The notes under the pieces are model-generated. The model saw nothing but the letters and a program-made list of their open reading frames with translations. It had not been told where the DNA came from and ran no database searches. A stretch of 64,000 nt of DNA, from positions 1 to 64,000 of the forward strand of contig JAQGDQ010000375.1 in the NCBI GenBank assembly GCA_030141605.1, written 5' to 3'. The DNA comes from Tubiluchus corallicola (Eukaryota; Animalia; Priapulida). Positions 30,901-45,200 of this stretch are shown piece after piece. How positions within the stretch are numbered: the stretch's first letter is position 1; each line of letters starts with the position of its first letter. The position numbers and the translations under genes were made by a program.

Positions 30901-33900
30901 GTAGCACTGTATAAAACTTGTAAATTTGAACTCCAGTGATGACTGTCAGATGCAGCCATGTAAACGATAAGTCATTTAAAATAAGTTAACATAACACTGA
31001 GTAAAGTCTGAAAAAATAATCAGAGCATTCGTAGCACACACATCACTAACAAGTAAAATTTTAAATTGCTGATCTTGTCAGTAAAATTAAACATACATTT
31101 TTTTTGGTTAGTGAGTGGTGCACATTGGAGGTGAAAACAATTGGTGAAGACATCTTACATACTTAATAACCTTCTTTTGCAGTTCTATAAGTCTTTCAGG
31201 CAGGTAAGCAAAATGTTAAGTAATATAACTTTGCATGGAAAGTTTTTTGGAACATAGTTAAATATTTCCTTTTCTTCCCAATTTATGTTTTGCATATGTG
31301 ATGTCACATAACGACGTGGTCAGAACAGTATTGCAGGAAATTTAAAATGAAACAAACAAAAAATCGTTTCAATGCAAGTACAAAATGCGCATAAAATTGC
31401 ATAAAGCAATAATTATAATTTTAAGGCGATTTTTCTGAAACATACTTCAGTACCCCTTTTCTCATCCTTTAAATAAAGCCATTGAATTTAATTTCTAGCT
31501 TATTTCATTGAATTGAGATTGTCGTTCAATAATTATTCCCAAATATTACACCACAACAATATATTGTGATGCACGTTAGGGAAATAGCGCAGAACCCATT
31601 TCAGGAAAATCAGTGTTTTGGCTCAATACATCTTTATTTTGATGGTCAATAAAATATCAATTTCTTTTGTGAAGCGCACTTTCAAGCCTAATTAAATAAA
31701 TAGGTTCACAATCCTCACAAAAGCAATCAACAAAATTTAATATCCATCACAAATAACAATACTACAGTGCTGCTTTAACTCACTATAATTTTATTAAGAG
31801 AAACAGAGTTGTGTATTGTGATGACATCTGCAGTTTAAGTGAGAAAAAAGACTGACAATGACTTACTTTGCATTGTCAATGGCTTTGTCAATGATTGCAG
31901 CAGACATTTCATCACCTCTGGCTTTCCACATTAACCACAGCTTGAAAGCATCGCTCTTCCGACCACACTGAATACTTTTGTCACCAGTATCAAACGAGAT
32001 ATCATAAAATTTATCTTGCTGGAATATGTATGAAGCTCCAGAACAATTACAATGGTGAAGTAAACCCTAAAAAACAATGAGTAATAGTAACTTGGACTTG
32101 TTCCACTGATTAACATTAGTTTGTTGACATGAGAGTAATGAAGGGGCTGTGTAGTCTAGTAATAAAAACATTAAACTTATAATCTCTACTGATCTACAGT
32201 TTGGTGGTTCAAAACTGGGTTTTGATTTATTTCACATTTTTTTGGTTTTTTGGCCAAGTTTGGTCTCTAAATTTTATAATTCCCTAATTCCCTGCTTATG
32301 TAATGCATCATGTTACACATTAATTATTTTATATTCTAAATTAGTTAAGACTAATTAGTCTAGTGATTGTTGGATATTTTGGTGAGCTGTTTGATTCCAA
32401 AAAAATACTGTCATGATCACAAGGGGCAGTAAGGCCCAAAAATCTGTTTTGTAATTAAACTGTCACTATTCCAATCTCAACACCAATGTTTTCACATTTT
32501 GATGGAGTTAGCTGTTACAGGTGCAATGATAATGCAAATATTCATCATAAATTTATTTAATATTTTTTCTATAATATTTCACCTTCTCTTTCAGTAAGAA
32601 AGCAGCACATTGGAGAGGTGCTCCAAACATCTTGTGTGGGTTCCATGCAACAGAATTAGCTCTAGAAAGAAAAAGATAGACAGTTCAGAAACTCTCCTAG
32701 TGAAAAAATGTAAGCAGTAAAAAGCTAATCTATTGTCTAAGTACAATTACACAAAGTTACAATGCAGAGTACTAGTAATCTGTGGCGCTGTAATGTTCAT
32801 TTCTTCACACCACCTAGCATACCAGCTGTGAGTAGCAGTAGCAATAGTAATAACTATATTTGTTTTTAGTAGATCAGACATTGCTACAGTGTAATATTTA
32901 GACAGGGAACAACAGTTTTCATCAGTCTGCTACATATGGCTACAAAACTGTTACTTTCTTGAAGAATGTTGATGTGAAAAACCAATTCCGTGACTGAATG
33001 TCCGCACTTTAATAAACTAAGTGCAGTCCAGTGATTGGGAAGATTAGAACATAGCAAACAGACTACTGGTACGTGTACCAAAAAACAGTGAAAACATCAC
33101 ACAGGAGTTCTAATATAAAATACCACAATGCTCTACCACTGTAGCAGTTACCTCTCGATTCCCTTCACGAGACATCTGTACTTGCTAGACAACAATGCAC
33201 CACCGCCCCAGCATGCCTAAACAATACACTGCAAATCATTTCTCACAGAGTCAAGAAAATTTATTATACAGCTTACCCTACCAACAGTTAAATTTAAAAG
33301 GAGAAAAGCACTGAAAGATTGTGAGTCAACCAGGATTTGAACCCAGAACGTTGTGGTTTCAGGGCATATGCTCTAGCCACTTGAGCTATAAACCCACATG
33401 GCTAAAGCACATCTGAATTCTCATAGTAGTCACCACACAATCAGTCAGAGCCACAAATCCATAGCAAAGAGAAACTGATTAGTTAAGAAGCTACCACTGC
33501 TGAATAATAATTTCATTCTTCATTCTAGTTCTAATCATTATCATAATTTGAAAAGAAGGGACATAATTTGAAATAAAATATAATTTGCAGAATATACAAA
33601 GATACAAAGTGTACAAAGAGTTTTTATGGTGTGTTATTCCATTCCATTTTCGAATATTTTTCCTAATTAATTTCAACTTCTGCCTTATTATGTTAGAAAA
33701 AATAGCTTTTGAGAGGGTGATAGATGACATTTTAGCTGTTAGATGATTTTGCATTCTAGATTCTCTCATTTAAGGACTTGAACATGAAAACTAAAACCTT
33801 TTCTGCTAGAAAATCTGATCTGATACAAAAACTAAAAATATTTTTTAAATGCATTCTCTTATCTCAAATTTGTCTGAATACAGCGATAATCATATTACTC

Positions 33901-36269
33901 CACTCACCGCATTGGTTCTAGTTAAAAAAAATCAGTTAATGAGCTTATGACTGCATTGAGATGGAAAATTAATTGTTAGCAAAAAGTTCAAATTAATTTT
34001 GATTCCTTAGTGCTTATAGTGCCGCAGGCTATAACGAGAGTATAGGAAAATTATTAATAACGTCCAAACTGTTTGACGTTAGAGGTTATTAATGTTACAA
34101 GAAACGTTATAATCAATATTTATAACCAATTTCATGTGCAGCACATGCACCTTCATATTTCCAGATTTATTCGTGTGCAATATTGATCCTCAGGTACAGC
34201 GACAGAAGAGAAACAGCCAGACTGACATAAAACTGAGCAAATAAAGAGCTATTTTACTAATAATGCCAGTTGGCAGAGACAAGTGGTGAACACTGAACTG
34301 GCCTTCATATGCAGAGCACAGAAGTTACCCAGTTTTTTAAAGATTACAAGTTCTCACTGTTCTGTAATGTAAAACAGTAATGGACATAGGTCATGCAATG
34401 AATAAACCTATACAACATTAGTACAACAATCATTTATGTTTCCTCTAAGGCTAAAAAAGAAAACAGACTTAGGTTGCTATGTCTCATAATGATAACAACA
34501 ATGTTTACTTCACCCCAAATGTGCATTTTGTTTTGTAATGTGTATATCGCTCTAGTTGAAAGTAACACTGCCTTTACAAAAGATAACTGCGTTTTTAGAT
34601 TTCCGTATTTACATATCGAGGTGCAGCTACAGGGTGTTCTAAAAGAAACAGGGCATTAAATGTGCTATAACCATGTAATATTACACCATGCATATCAAGT
34701 GCAGTAGTGTGGTCACACTAACTCGTATGGCAGAAAAACAGTATAATGTAGATGTTCAGGATTAGTTATCTTATTTTCAACATATTCAGCACTGTTTCTT
34801 TGGGAACGCCTTATATATCTTCTAAATACTGTTTCTGTAAACTGCTTATTGGCACTTACTAAGTACTACACCATTTGTAAGCCAGGACCATAATTAACAA
34901 CATTTTATGTTTTTCTTTGCCTAATTGCTTTCTCTGTTTTATTTTTAAAATTTTTAATATTTATGTGTAGAGAAATTAGAATATTAAAACAAATGGAGGT
35001 AAACCCTGCTTGTTAGCTTCATAATTCTCCTTTTGTGATTACAGCATGTCAGCATGATTTATATGGGACATGAAGCAACTAGCGTGTCAGCATGATTTAT
35101 ATGTGACATGAAGCCACTAGGTACTTACATCAATGTGAAGCCAAAGCCCATGTCGCTCACAGATGTCAGCAATTTGTTCAATGGGATCAAATGATCCTAG
35201 AACTGTAGTACCGCTAGTAGCACACACAAAGAAAGGTCGAGTATTCTGTGAATAAATTTAAAAAAAGTGTTTATAACTTGAACATCAATCACCACAGGTT
35301 TCCAAAATACGTTGATTTAAACGATGACACTAGCTTCATACAATAAAACTTCTAAGCAAATAAAAGCTCAATTAATGGTTTAACTATTTCAAAATACAAA
35401 AACTGTAAATGATAATGCTAGTTTCACACAATAAAACTTCTTAGCAAATAAAACTTTAACTGATGGTTAAACTACCTTAAAATATATGAATTTTAGACTA
35501 TGACACTAGCCTATTATTGTAGATTATTCATTGTTTTTTCACAAGTGTACATTGCATATTTTAGTGCAGGCTGAAATGTATTATTTCATTCACTTTACTA
35601 GGTTGTTAATTATCAATATCAGCTTCACCTTTTCTTTAGCTTTTATTACAGCTTTCTCTAACTCCTCAGGAATCATTCGTCCTCTGCTGTCAGTCGGGAT
35701 TTGATGAACATTTTTCGTACCTATACCCAACCACGACGATGACTTTGTAATTGAATAATGTGCCTAAAATAAATAGAAGAAAATATGATATTTTCACAGC
35801 GACAGCTTATGCTATGGCTTTTTCCAAATCAACAGCTAAGAAATTTTCTTAATGTGAATAACGTGTGATATGATTGCCCATAATATTACAAGGCACAAGC
35901 TGCAGCAGTTTTTATTTGCTTCAGTTTAAGCACTTCTTTTTTACTGAGACACATACATAAGCGTACGTTTAACAGTTATTATATGTATAAATAAATAGAA
36001 AAAGCGTACGATCGCGAAAATGTATTTTATGATCGAACTATAAGGTTCAAAATCTGTCCTTCCCTTGCTTAATTGCATTCATGCGACTTGGCATTGATTG
36101 ACTTGGTTCTCCTTATTAGAATTCTGTCGGTACCCGATTTTAATGCCTTTCTCATTAGAGAGGTAATAAGGTTTGCTCGTCATACGTCAGTGCGTATAAG
36201 CATGCAGCTTTTAACGAGATCGACCAGATGGAGTTCCTTCAGTGAAGAGGAAAATAACAGATTGAATAG

Positions 36270-36306
<37 letters not shown>

Positions 36307-36309
36307 AGG

Positions 36310-36388
<79 letters not shown>

Positions 36389-36445
36389 GGAGAGAGAGAG
36401 AGAGGGAGAGAGAGAGAGAGAGAGACGGAGGGAGAGAGAGAGACA

Positions 36446-36523
<78 letters not shown>

Positions 36524-36554
36524 GACGGAGGGAGAGAGAGAGAGACAGACGGAG

Positions 36555-36599
<45 letters not shown>

Positions 36600-36624
36600 T
36601 AGAGAGAGACGGAGGGAGAGAGAG

Positions 36625-36655
<31 letters not shown>

Positions 36656-39248
36656 CGGAGAGAGCGAGGGAGAGAAGTGTGTGTGCGTTCTGCAGTTGTT
36701 ACGATTGTTTACGTTTTAACTACAGAAAAACCTGACCTGATTAAAACTGTTTGTGTTTCAGTGAGGCGTTACCACGTGGAGGAATTCCGCATGTGTTTGC
36801 GTTTCCTTAAAACTAACACTTTATTAGCCTTTCCCAGTTAATTCTTCCAGCAAAATGAGTTAGCTTGAAATACAGCTTAAGATGCACTATTTTCTTGTCA
36901 AATGATGATACCATGCGCTTTGCGCAATAGCAACATGCGTCGCTACACACTAAAACTTTAAATGGAAATATTTGAGGGAAATTTTTTACTGAGTGGTCAC
37001 GGTGGTAATGGCTTAGCGACTGAAATTTGGCAATACTGAACCTGGTTTGCAATTTGGCTGGTGACGGGCAGGAATAATTCATCTGGGCAGTTTATAGCCC
37101 CGCCTGTTTATCTCACTGAGTTAAATATTTTTATTGTGACGCCATAATAATAATAATAATATAAAATAGTGAATTGTTAAAAAAGAGCGTATCCAAAAAA
37201 GGTTAGCTTTTATTTTTAGCACAGAGTATTGCCAACGATAAGGCAGGATTTTTTAAATTGAATATAATCATAAATATAATGAGCAGATTGCAAAGTTAAT
37301 AAATTGGTTCAATTTGTGGCGCATTCATAAACAATTACGATTTTTGAGAGTAATAATTACAATAATAATTAGTTTAAATCATTAATGAACAAAAGAATCT
37401 AAGATTGAAGACATCAACGAAAAATAAATAGATTTCTATGTTTGACTTTGATGCGACAAGATTTATCCGCTAGAAGGGCGCACAAAACAGTTCATTCAAT
37501 TTCTACTAACGAAATTGGTTGAATAAATACAGATACGCGTTGGTGACTAAAATTACATGAAATACTAAGCCAAAGCTAACACACAGCCGTCTCCATTCTG
37601 CACTGATGATAATATATCGCTCAGTTCGGTTCTCAGCGCATGCTTCTCCCCGATGAATCTTTTTTTACAAAGTTTCGATCACGAGAACGCTTTCAACTAC
37701 TTGACTCGCATGGCCTCTTTAACTGAGCACTATATAACCAATAAAACGAAATTGAACCACTTTGGTAGCAGAATTTTCTGGCTTGTGGACACGAATACGT
37801 GACCGATTAATAGCCGGCCAAGAGCTGGGTACTAAACTTAATTACAAACTGCATTTTACGTTGATTTAGTGTCTGCACTTATGAAGAGTTCGCCATAAGT
37901 TTCTCCGAAAAAGTCAATTACAGAGCAGTTGAAAAAACACGAATAGAAATTGAGTAGTATTTGTAACGGACGAAATTACAAAGGTTATTAGCCAAACTTG
38001 TTTCCAACGAATGTCACTGAAGCCGGCCTATTTATTTTATACCACGTTTTTGCTTGACATTGGAAGGGACATCTTCGCCCCGTCCACTACGAACTGTTTC
38101 GCGGGCTCACAAAAGCACGATTTAAAATGCCAAAAAATTGGTTAGATAGACTTTCATTTTTTTAAAACATGTAAAATAGGGTAACTACAACGAATAGCAT
38201 TGGCACAGCTCCTTACAAAAAGTTTTAATAAAATAAAAATAAAAACTATATCTCTGAGGAACCTTACAAAGTCGGTTTGGTAAATGCAAAATTAATTAGA
38301 ACATAAGTTAGTCGTTTGTCGTTTCATATTGATATCGTCCAACTACATTCAATTACTTAGTTTAGTGATGATTAATTTAGTGCTGTACTTGGTAAAGCTG
38401 CGTCTGTAGAGAGTTCCCTTTTTCTCTTGATAAGGTGGATTTCTTACGTTTTCCTACAGCATTTCATTAACCCTCATTACAATATTTATGCAATTTTGTT
38501 ATTGTGAACAGCAAAATTAACACTCAGTACTACTGCCGATCTTAGTGACTTGGGAACTGCAGAATGGACTGGTCAATCCACTCACAAGTTGGCATATTTG
38601 AAATTTAATCATTACTTCTATTTACTACAAAATTATATAGTTAGATGTAGAAAAGACATTGGCTTACGTCTTCTGAAGCAAAAGCAATCATCTGAGGCAA
38701 CCCTCTTAATCCTTCTGTTTTGATTTCAGGAAACATTTTGTATCTTGCCACTTGCAGTCCATACATATTAGACATTGAACCACCTAAAATTCCAAAGCAA
38801 CATTAAGATGATCAGTAGACTACTCTTTTCCAATTACACACTCTAAAAGCATTTAGAAAAGAGGTGCGATAAACATCTATGGCATAGGTTCACAATCACT
38901 TAGCATTACATCTGTAATATTACTTAATTATTTTACAATCCAACGTAATTATGGACTTTAAAATGTCAAGGCACTAAAATACAACAAATACAGGTCAGTA
39001 AAAAAATAATGTTAAATTTGGGCTGGCGAACTACCCAATGAAATAATTGATAAATTGGTATGTTTACTCTGCATACCATAATGCAGTTATATGGATGAAT
39101 TGGTACAAACTGTGTTTTGCACTAATAGACCAGCGTCTTTTATCATTTTAAATGTAACTTCTATTGGGTTTTACCCTTCTGTATATTGTATTTTCTAATG
39201 ATCTGTCTTGTGTATTTATGTTTTGTATCTGTGTTGTATCTAGCTATA

Positions 39249-39297
<49 letters not shown>

Positions 39298-42200
39298 CTG
39301 TGTGTTTTAATTTTTATATAATGCAATGTATTTTAAATATATGAAATAAATTTAAAATAAAGAAAATAATAAAAGCCCTCACATGGTGTAAAATAGCATG
39401 TCTGCAAAAGGACATTTTAAGTTCATGTTCTTATAATAAATGAGACATCTTGAGCCCGAAATGTCATTCTAATTTGTCAGTGATAGAGTAAAACTGTTCA
39501 ACTGTTATTGATATCACTTCCGTGATAACATATGTAAATTCAAGTTACTTATTGCCAATCATTTTGGATGCGTCAAAAATTTAATGTGTGGGCATCTTGT
39601 ACAGTTTTAGACACCTGCCTGTTATCTGTAAGATAGGAACATTAGCATCTTTTATACTAATTACGCCTAAAACTTTTATTAATACAGCAAACCTTATGCA
39701 GTGTACTACCTGTTACAGTCTAATCCTTGCATAGTGTACTATCTGTCTACCTATCATTCTCATCCTTGTGTAGCATGCTGCCTGTCACACTCATCCTTGT
39801 GCAGCATGCTACCTGTCACACTCATTCTTGTGTAGCATGCTACCTGTCACACTCATCCTTGTGCAGCATGCTATCTGTCACACTCATCCTTGTGCAGCAT
39901 GCTACCTGTCACACTCATCCTTGTGCAGCATGCTACCTGTCACACTCATCCTTGTGCAGCATGCTACCTGTCACACTCATCCTTGTGCAGCATGCTACCT
40001 GTCACACTCATCCTTGTGCAGCATGCTACCTGTCACACTCATCCTTGTGCAGCATGCTACCTGTCACACTCATCCTTGTGCAGCATGCTACCTGTCACAC
40101 TCATCCTTGTGCAGCATGCTGCCTGTCAGTCTCATCCTTATGCAGTGTACTACCTGTCAGTCTATTCCTTGTCTAGTGCACTTCCTGTCACTGTCTCATC
40201 CTTGTGCAGTGTACTACCTGTCAGTCTCATTCTTGTGCAGTGTACTACCTGCCACACTCTCTTTCCTGTGCAGTGTACTACCTGTCACAGTCTCGTCCTT
40301 GTGTAGTGTACTGCCTGTCAGTCTCACCCTCGTGTAATGTACTATCTGCCACACTCTCTTTCTTGTGCAGTGTACTACCTGTCACAGTCTCTTTCTTGTG
40401 CAGTGTACTACCTGTCACAGTCTCTTTCCTGTGCAGTGTACTACCTGTCACAGTCTCGTCCTTGTGCAGTGTACTACCTGTCAGTCTCATCCTTGTGTAG
40501 TGTACTACCTGTCACAGTCTTGTTCTTTTGCAGTGTTCTGCCTGTCAATTTCATCCTTATGCAGTGTACTACCTGTCAGTCTCACCCTCGTGTAATGTAC
40601 TACCTGTCAGTCTCACCCTCGTGTAATGTACTATCTGTCGCGGTCTCATCCATGTGCAGTGTGCTCATCCACCTTTGACTCTAATTTGAACATTTGTCTG
40701 CATCCTTTTCACTCAAGATTCGACTGTCCTCACACCGAAGAGTGCACTGTATAAGATATTGTGAATTTCTCAGTGGATTGTTAGTTTTGAAGACCGTTTA
40801 ATGACTCTAGTTTCCAGAGCTTGAGTGATTCATTTACTACTTCTGGCAGTCAGTAATACATTCCGGGGGAATACCTGATCCCTACAATTAGCTACGGCGA
40901 TGTGTCATTTAGTACTATATTTTTATTATTGTACTTTCCAGCACCAGTTCACACATTCTAGCTCTTATGTGTACAACATACCCTTGCCATCACCAACAGT
41001 TTAGCTACAATCCTGTTTAGGAATACTCTGTGTAATAAAAACTGAAGATTTCAACATTTCAAATTAATTTTTTGCAAGTGCATCAAAAGTTCGTCTGACA
41101 GGTGAAAGTAAGAAAGCTACTTTTACAAGCCAAAGTCATTATTACCTGGACTGAAGATTCCATCTCCATTTTCAAAACCAATTTTCTGAGAAATTTTCTG
41201 AATTATAGCATGTTCCACCACAGTAAAGACAGGAGCAATTTCAAAAGTTGCCCTGAAAGCAAAAAAGTGATGCATTCGTTTGCAGTGGAAAAATATTATT
41301 GCGGTTATGGTTCACTAGACGCTGTGATTTTTTCTGAATATAAAAAAGGAAGTCTATAAAAATTTATTTTACCTACAGTATTATATTGTTTTTTTGTTGT
41401 CACTGACACATTACAATAGTTTTATGAGAGCACAAGTTTTTGACATATAATTCCACATGTATCCCATATTTTGATTCATTAATTAAGTTTATTTTGCAAT
41501 TTCACATTCACTGTACACTAAAATAATTAGTTAGTTAACATGACATACATGCTTGTATTTAGTGCTTCCGTGATCCATGAACCTGCTACTGAATATCTAT
41601 CCAACCCTCCATACAACTGATTGAAAAAATGAGGGTGGCCTGCCAATAATCAAAACAATAGTATTTTAATACTATAATCAGTTTATCATTCATTGAAAGT
41701 TTTATATATATATATAATTCCAATTAACATCTCTGAAAAAACAGGAAAATTACCTGTTTTTACGCTGTATTTAACTGCGTCTTTGCACAATCTCAATAGC
41801 CTTTCGTCATCTGTTGAATCTTTGCTAATTTCACATTCAATAAGTTTCTATAAAATAGTTAATAATGATTTATGAAATTATACACAATTTGACAGTAAAA
41901 TTAAAATTGATTTACGATATTGCCAGATATACTTTAAGATCAGACGTTTTCCGCTAGCTTTCACACCAATACAGATTACAAGGAACTTGGTAATCAAAGA
42001 TAATAGTTACATGACATTACGTGGTGTCTTAGGCGATTATGAGATATACTGGTCAGTCGATTTTATGATGTTGGTAAGTAGATTTGTCTCATTTCAAGAC
42101 TTGCAGATTTCACTTAAAAGCGTTAATAGAACTTTCACCAAATCTAGTGAGACGAGGACATTTTAACTCATATACTTGAAGAAGTGTTTCGCAGAATTTC

Positions 42201-45200
42201 CCTGGATAATGCAATTTAATCTATATTGCAAAATAGGAAGCGTTATATTTTCGGAGATATTTGGTGTTTGGAGGCGTTCGGCGACAGCCAACAGTATAGT
42301 TTGGGAAGCCAAATTTACTAATGAATATGCGATTCACAGCTGATGCTTTATAATAGTGTTCTATTTTGCTTAACTGTTGTCAACACACTTCTGAAAGCAA
42401 CAAAGATTGCTTTTTAGGAAAGCTTCTTCCACATTCTTATATGCCAGGGAGTTACACACTTCTATACTATACTGTCCACAATTATTGATATTTTATAAGT
42501 TAAAATTTATACTACTGTGTAAATACCTGCAGCTCACGTGGATGTCTAAAATCAATAACTTTCTCTGGATGATCAGCAGGTCCAGTTATAACTTTTGCGT
42601 CTGTTAACAGCTGAAACACGTTCTCTAAGAAGTGAACAGCATTATTGGAGTTGTATGAAGTCATTCTCTGAGAACATTCACCATTCAGTATGTCACCGTT
42701 TTCAGAGTTCAAGTCATTCTTGAGACATGTATGAGAACCCTGAAATATCAATCCATGTATTTAAAATAATTTTCTAGCTTGCTGTTTTGAAGATGACAAA
42801 ATTAGTCTTTTTTCTTGCTAGCACTATACCATGCTGCTACTATTAGTGATTCATCTCTGACACGCTAGTCTTGTTTGTCTGTGTTTGTGGTCCGATTATA
42901 GACGGGAGAAACAGTTTTCAGAAATGACTTAGAAAATATCGAAAAAAGTGGAATGTCTGCATAACAGCATGAGTGACCACCTCAGCTACTCCCCTGCCCA
43001 ATGCTATTAAAAACTGTTAGTACGTCTTACATTTTTATAGCTTGATATAATTGCATCGTATTTTACAGTCAGTTTTAAAGACAAAATCGAATCTGACAAA
43101 CGAAATAGGTCGAAAACCTTCTGGAACTTGCGTTAATGTTTCAAGTTTTAAATAAATTCATTTACATATCTTAGCCTATGATATACCAAAGCGCTTCAGT
43201 GTGTGGTGTCCGTGTCCAGCGTCTCGAAACGAGAAAGAAATTATATATTGTTAATGGGTGATTAAATCAAAGATTTCGGCAGTGGACGGTGGAAGCCATA
43301 CGCTGCAAACTCATCTTATTTTTGAGCGTTTGGGGTGCAGCGTCTGTTCCTCAACCAACCAGTGAAGACTAGGCTTGCGAACAATAAGTAAAAAAGAAAG
43401 CATTGAAAAATAAATTTGATATCGTTCATTTTATTTTTCTATAAAACCAAAGAGGTTGGACGCCAGACGTTTTGATATTAACTTATTATCCAATGAATGC
43501 TGGACGCTGAACCCTTTGGTGTATCATAAATTGGTGTATTTTTGCTTGTGAGGTTAATGTCATCTTCTCATGCCTTACATTTTAGTTGCAAATCTCCTTT
43601 GGAACCGTTGTATCAATTTTTCTTTTTGTATGTTGTGCGAGTGTAATAAGGTGTGGTAATAAGGCTAATATTGTGTTCTGTTTTGTACTAATTCAATAAC
43701 GTGATTGTATTATTTGGGCAAAACATATACGAATAAATGGTAAACAAATAAATAAATGTATCGTAACTAAATAAGAAGAAGCTTCTAGAAAATCTAGTGT
43801 CAAGATAAGGCAAGTAACGACAAAAATTATTTTGAAGTTCATGTTATACGTAACCCACAGAATACAAGCATTAGAGACCTTAGCATGAACTTCAGTTTTA
43901 AGAGGAAATGTGTCAAAACAAATCTATAAAGCATAACGTAAGACTGATGTTAGCATAGAATCATTGTGCGGAAAAAAATTATTTATGAGAAATTTTGATA
44001 AATTATGAGAATTATAATCTGTAAGAAAACTTGTGTTTGGAATAAAAATATGTACATGTCGGTAATTTATGCTTTTATTAAAGATTTTCGTACAGAAAAT
44101 CAAGCATGCAAAATGTTCAGCTATCCATTATAAATTCTGCCTGGATACCGGAAGTCAAAAACAGGATGCGTTTCCTGTTCTTTTAAAATTCGCTATAACG
44201 TTTGTTTACCCGTATGAATGTCTTCCAAGTATCAAATAATCTTACTATTATTATTAACTTTTTGCCAAAAATACCCTAAGTACTCTATAGAAGAAAGAAA
44301 TCTGTCAGTCTAAACTCATTTTACACTAGGCCTAATGCTGGAAAGTGCTACTTGAAACAAATGTCCGCACAGAAGACTAAAGAGAAGAGATCTATAAACA
44401 TTATAATGAAAGCCAAAAGTTAACACAACCTTTTAATATCATGACCAGGGATAAGCATTATATCACTAGCCACCAATCTGGTCATCCAGTTTGAAGAAGT
44501 TTAGCTCAGCGGCTAATGGTCACTCTCGCTGGCATACAGTTTGTAGAAGTTTAGCTCAGTGGACAATGGCCACCACTGCCAAAAACATCCAGTTTGTAAA
44601 AGCGCAGATTAGTAGCCAGTGGCCATCAATGCCATTGCCATTAAATTTAGAAGCTAAAATCAATGGCAAATGATCACGACTGTATATAAGGCTATCTCGT
44701 CAAACATCGTTGTTTCAATATAACCGTGTGGAGATATTGTTGTCAAGTGGCAAATCTCGAAACTGATATAAGTGCAGACGTTCAATTGTTTTTTGCAAGA
44801 TAAAATACAAGCTTAGATGAACAAAGGTGAATAGTTTGTGCAGTCTGGCCACAGGTACACTATGGAAGTGCAAGGTCGGGTGTCATGTGTAGGCAATTTC
44901 AAAACCGCAGCACGGCAGTACAAGATATCTATAATATTTGTAATTACTATTATAGTCCACAGTCCAATTTGGTTTGGAGTATAAAATATGGCAAAAAAGG
45001 GCGACGCTAAACTCATGTCTCAACACCCCGCCATGTAAAAAGAATCATAAGCAAGAAAAGCACTGCACACAATTCAAACTCATTAAAACGAACAGATAGT
45101 ATCATGTACATTTACCTAATAAAAAACTTGCACACTTACCAAAACTTAAAAAAATAGTTGGAATGGCTGTGAAATGGGTTACTTAAACATCTATTAAAGA

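Noticed and set aside
33324-33396. Functional tRNA gene
   Set aside because: The anticodon stem does not pair, and the acceptor and T stems have mismatches.
39690-40670. CRISPR array or Cys/His-rich repeat proteins
   Set aside because: Head-to-tail units with no unique spacers and no cas genes, in a eukaryotic intron; the ORFs result from a stop-poor repeat unit.
43833-43894. Small inverted repeat TGAAGTTCATG / CATGAACTTCA
   Set aside because: Too short, no TSD and no second copy in the window.
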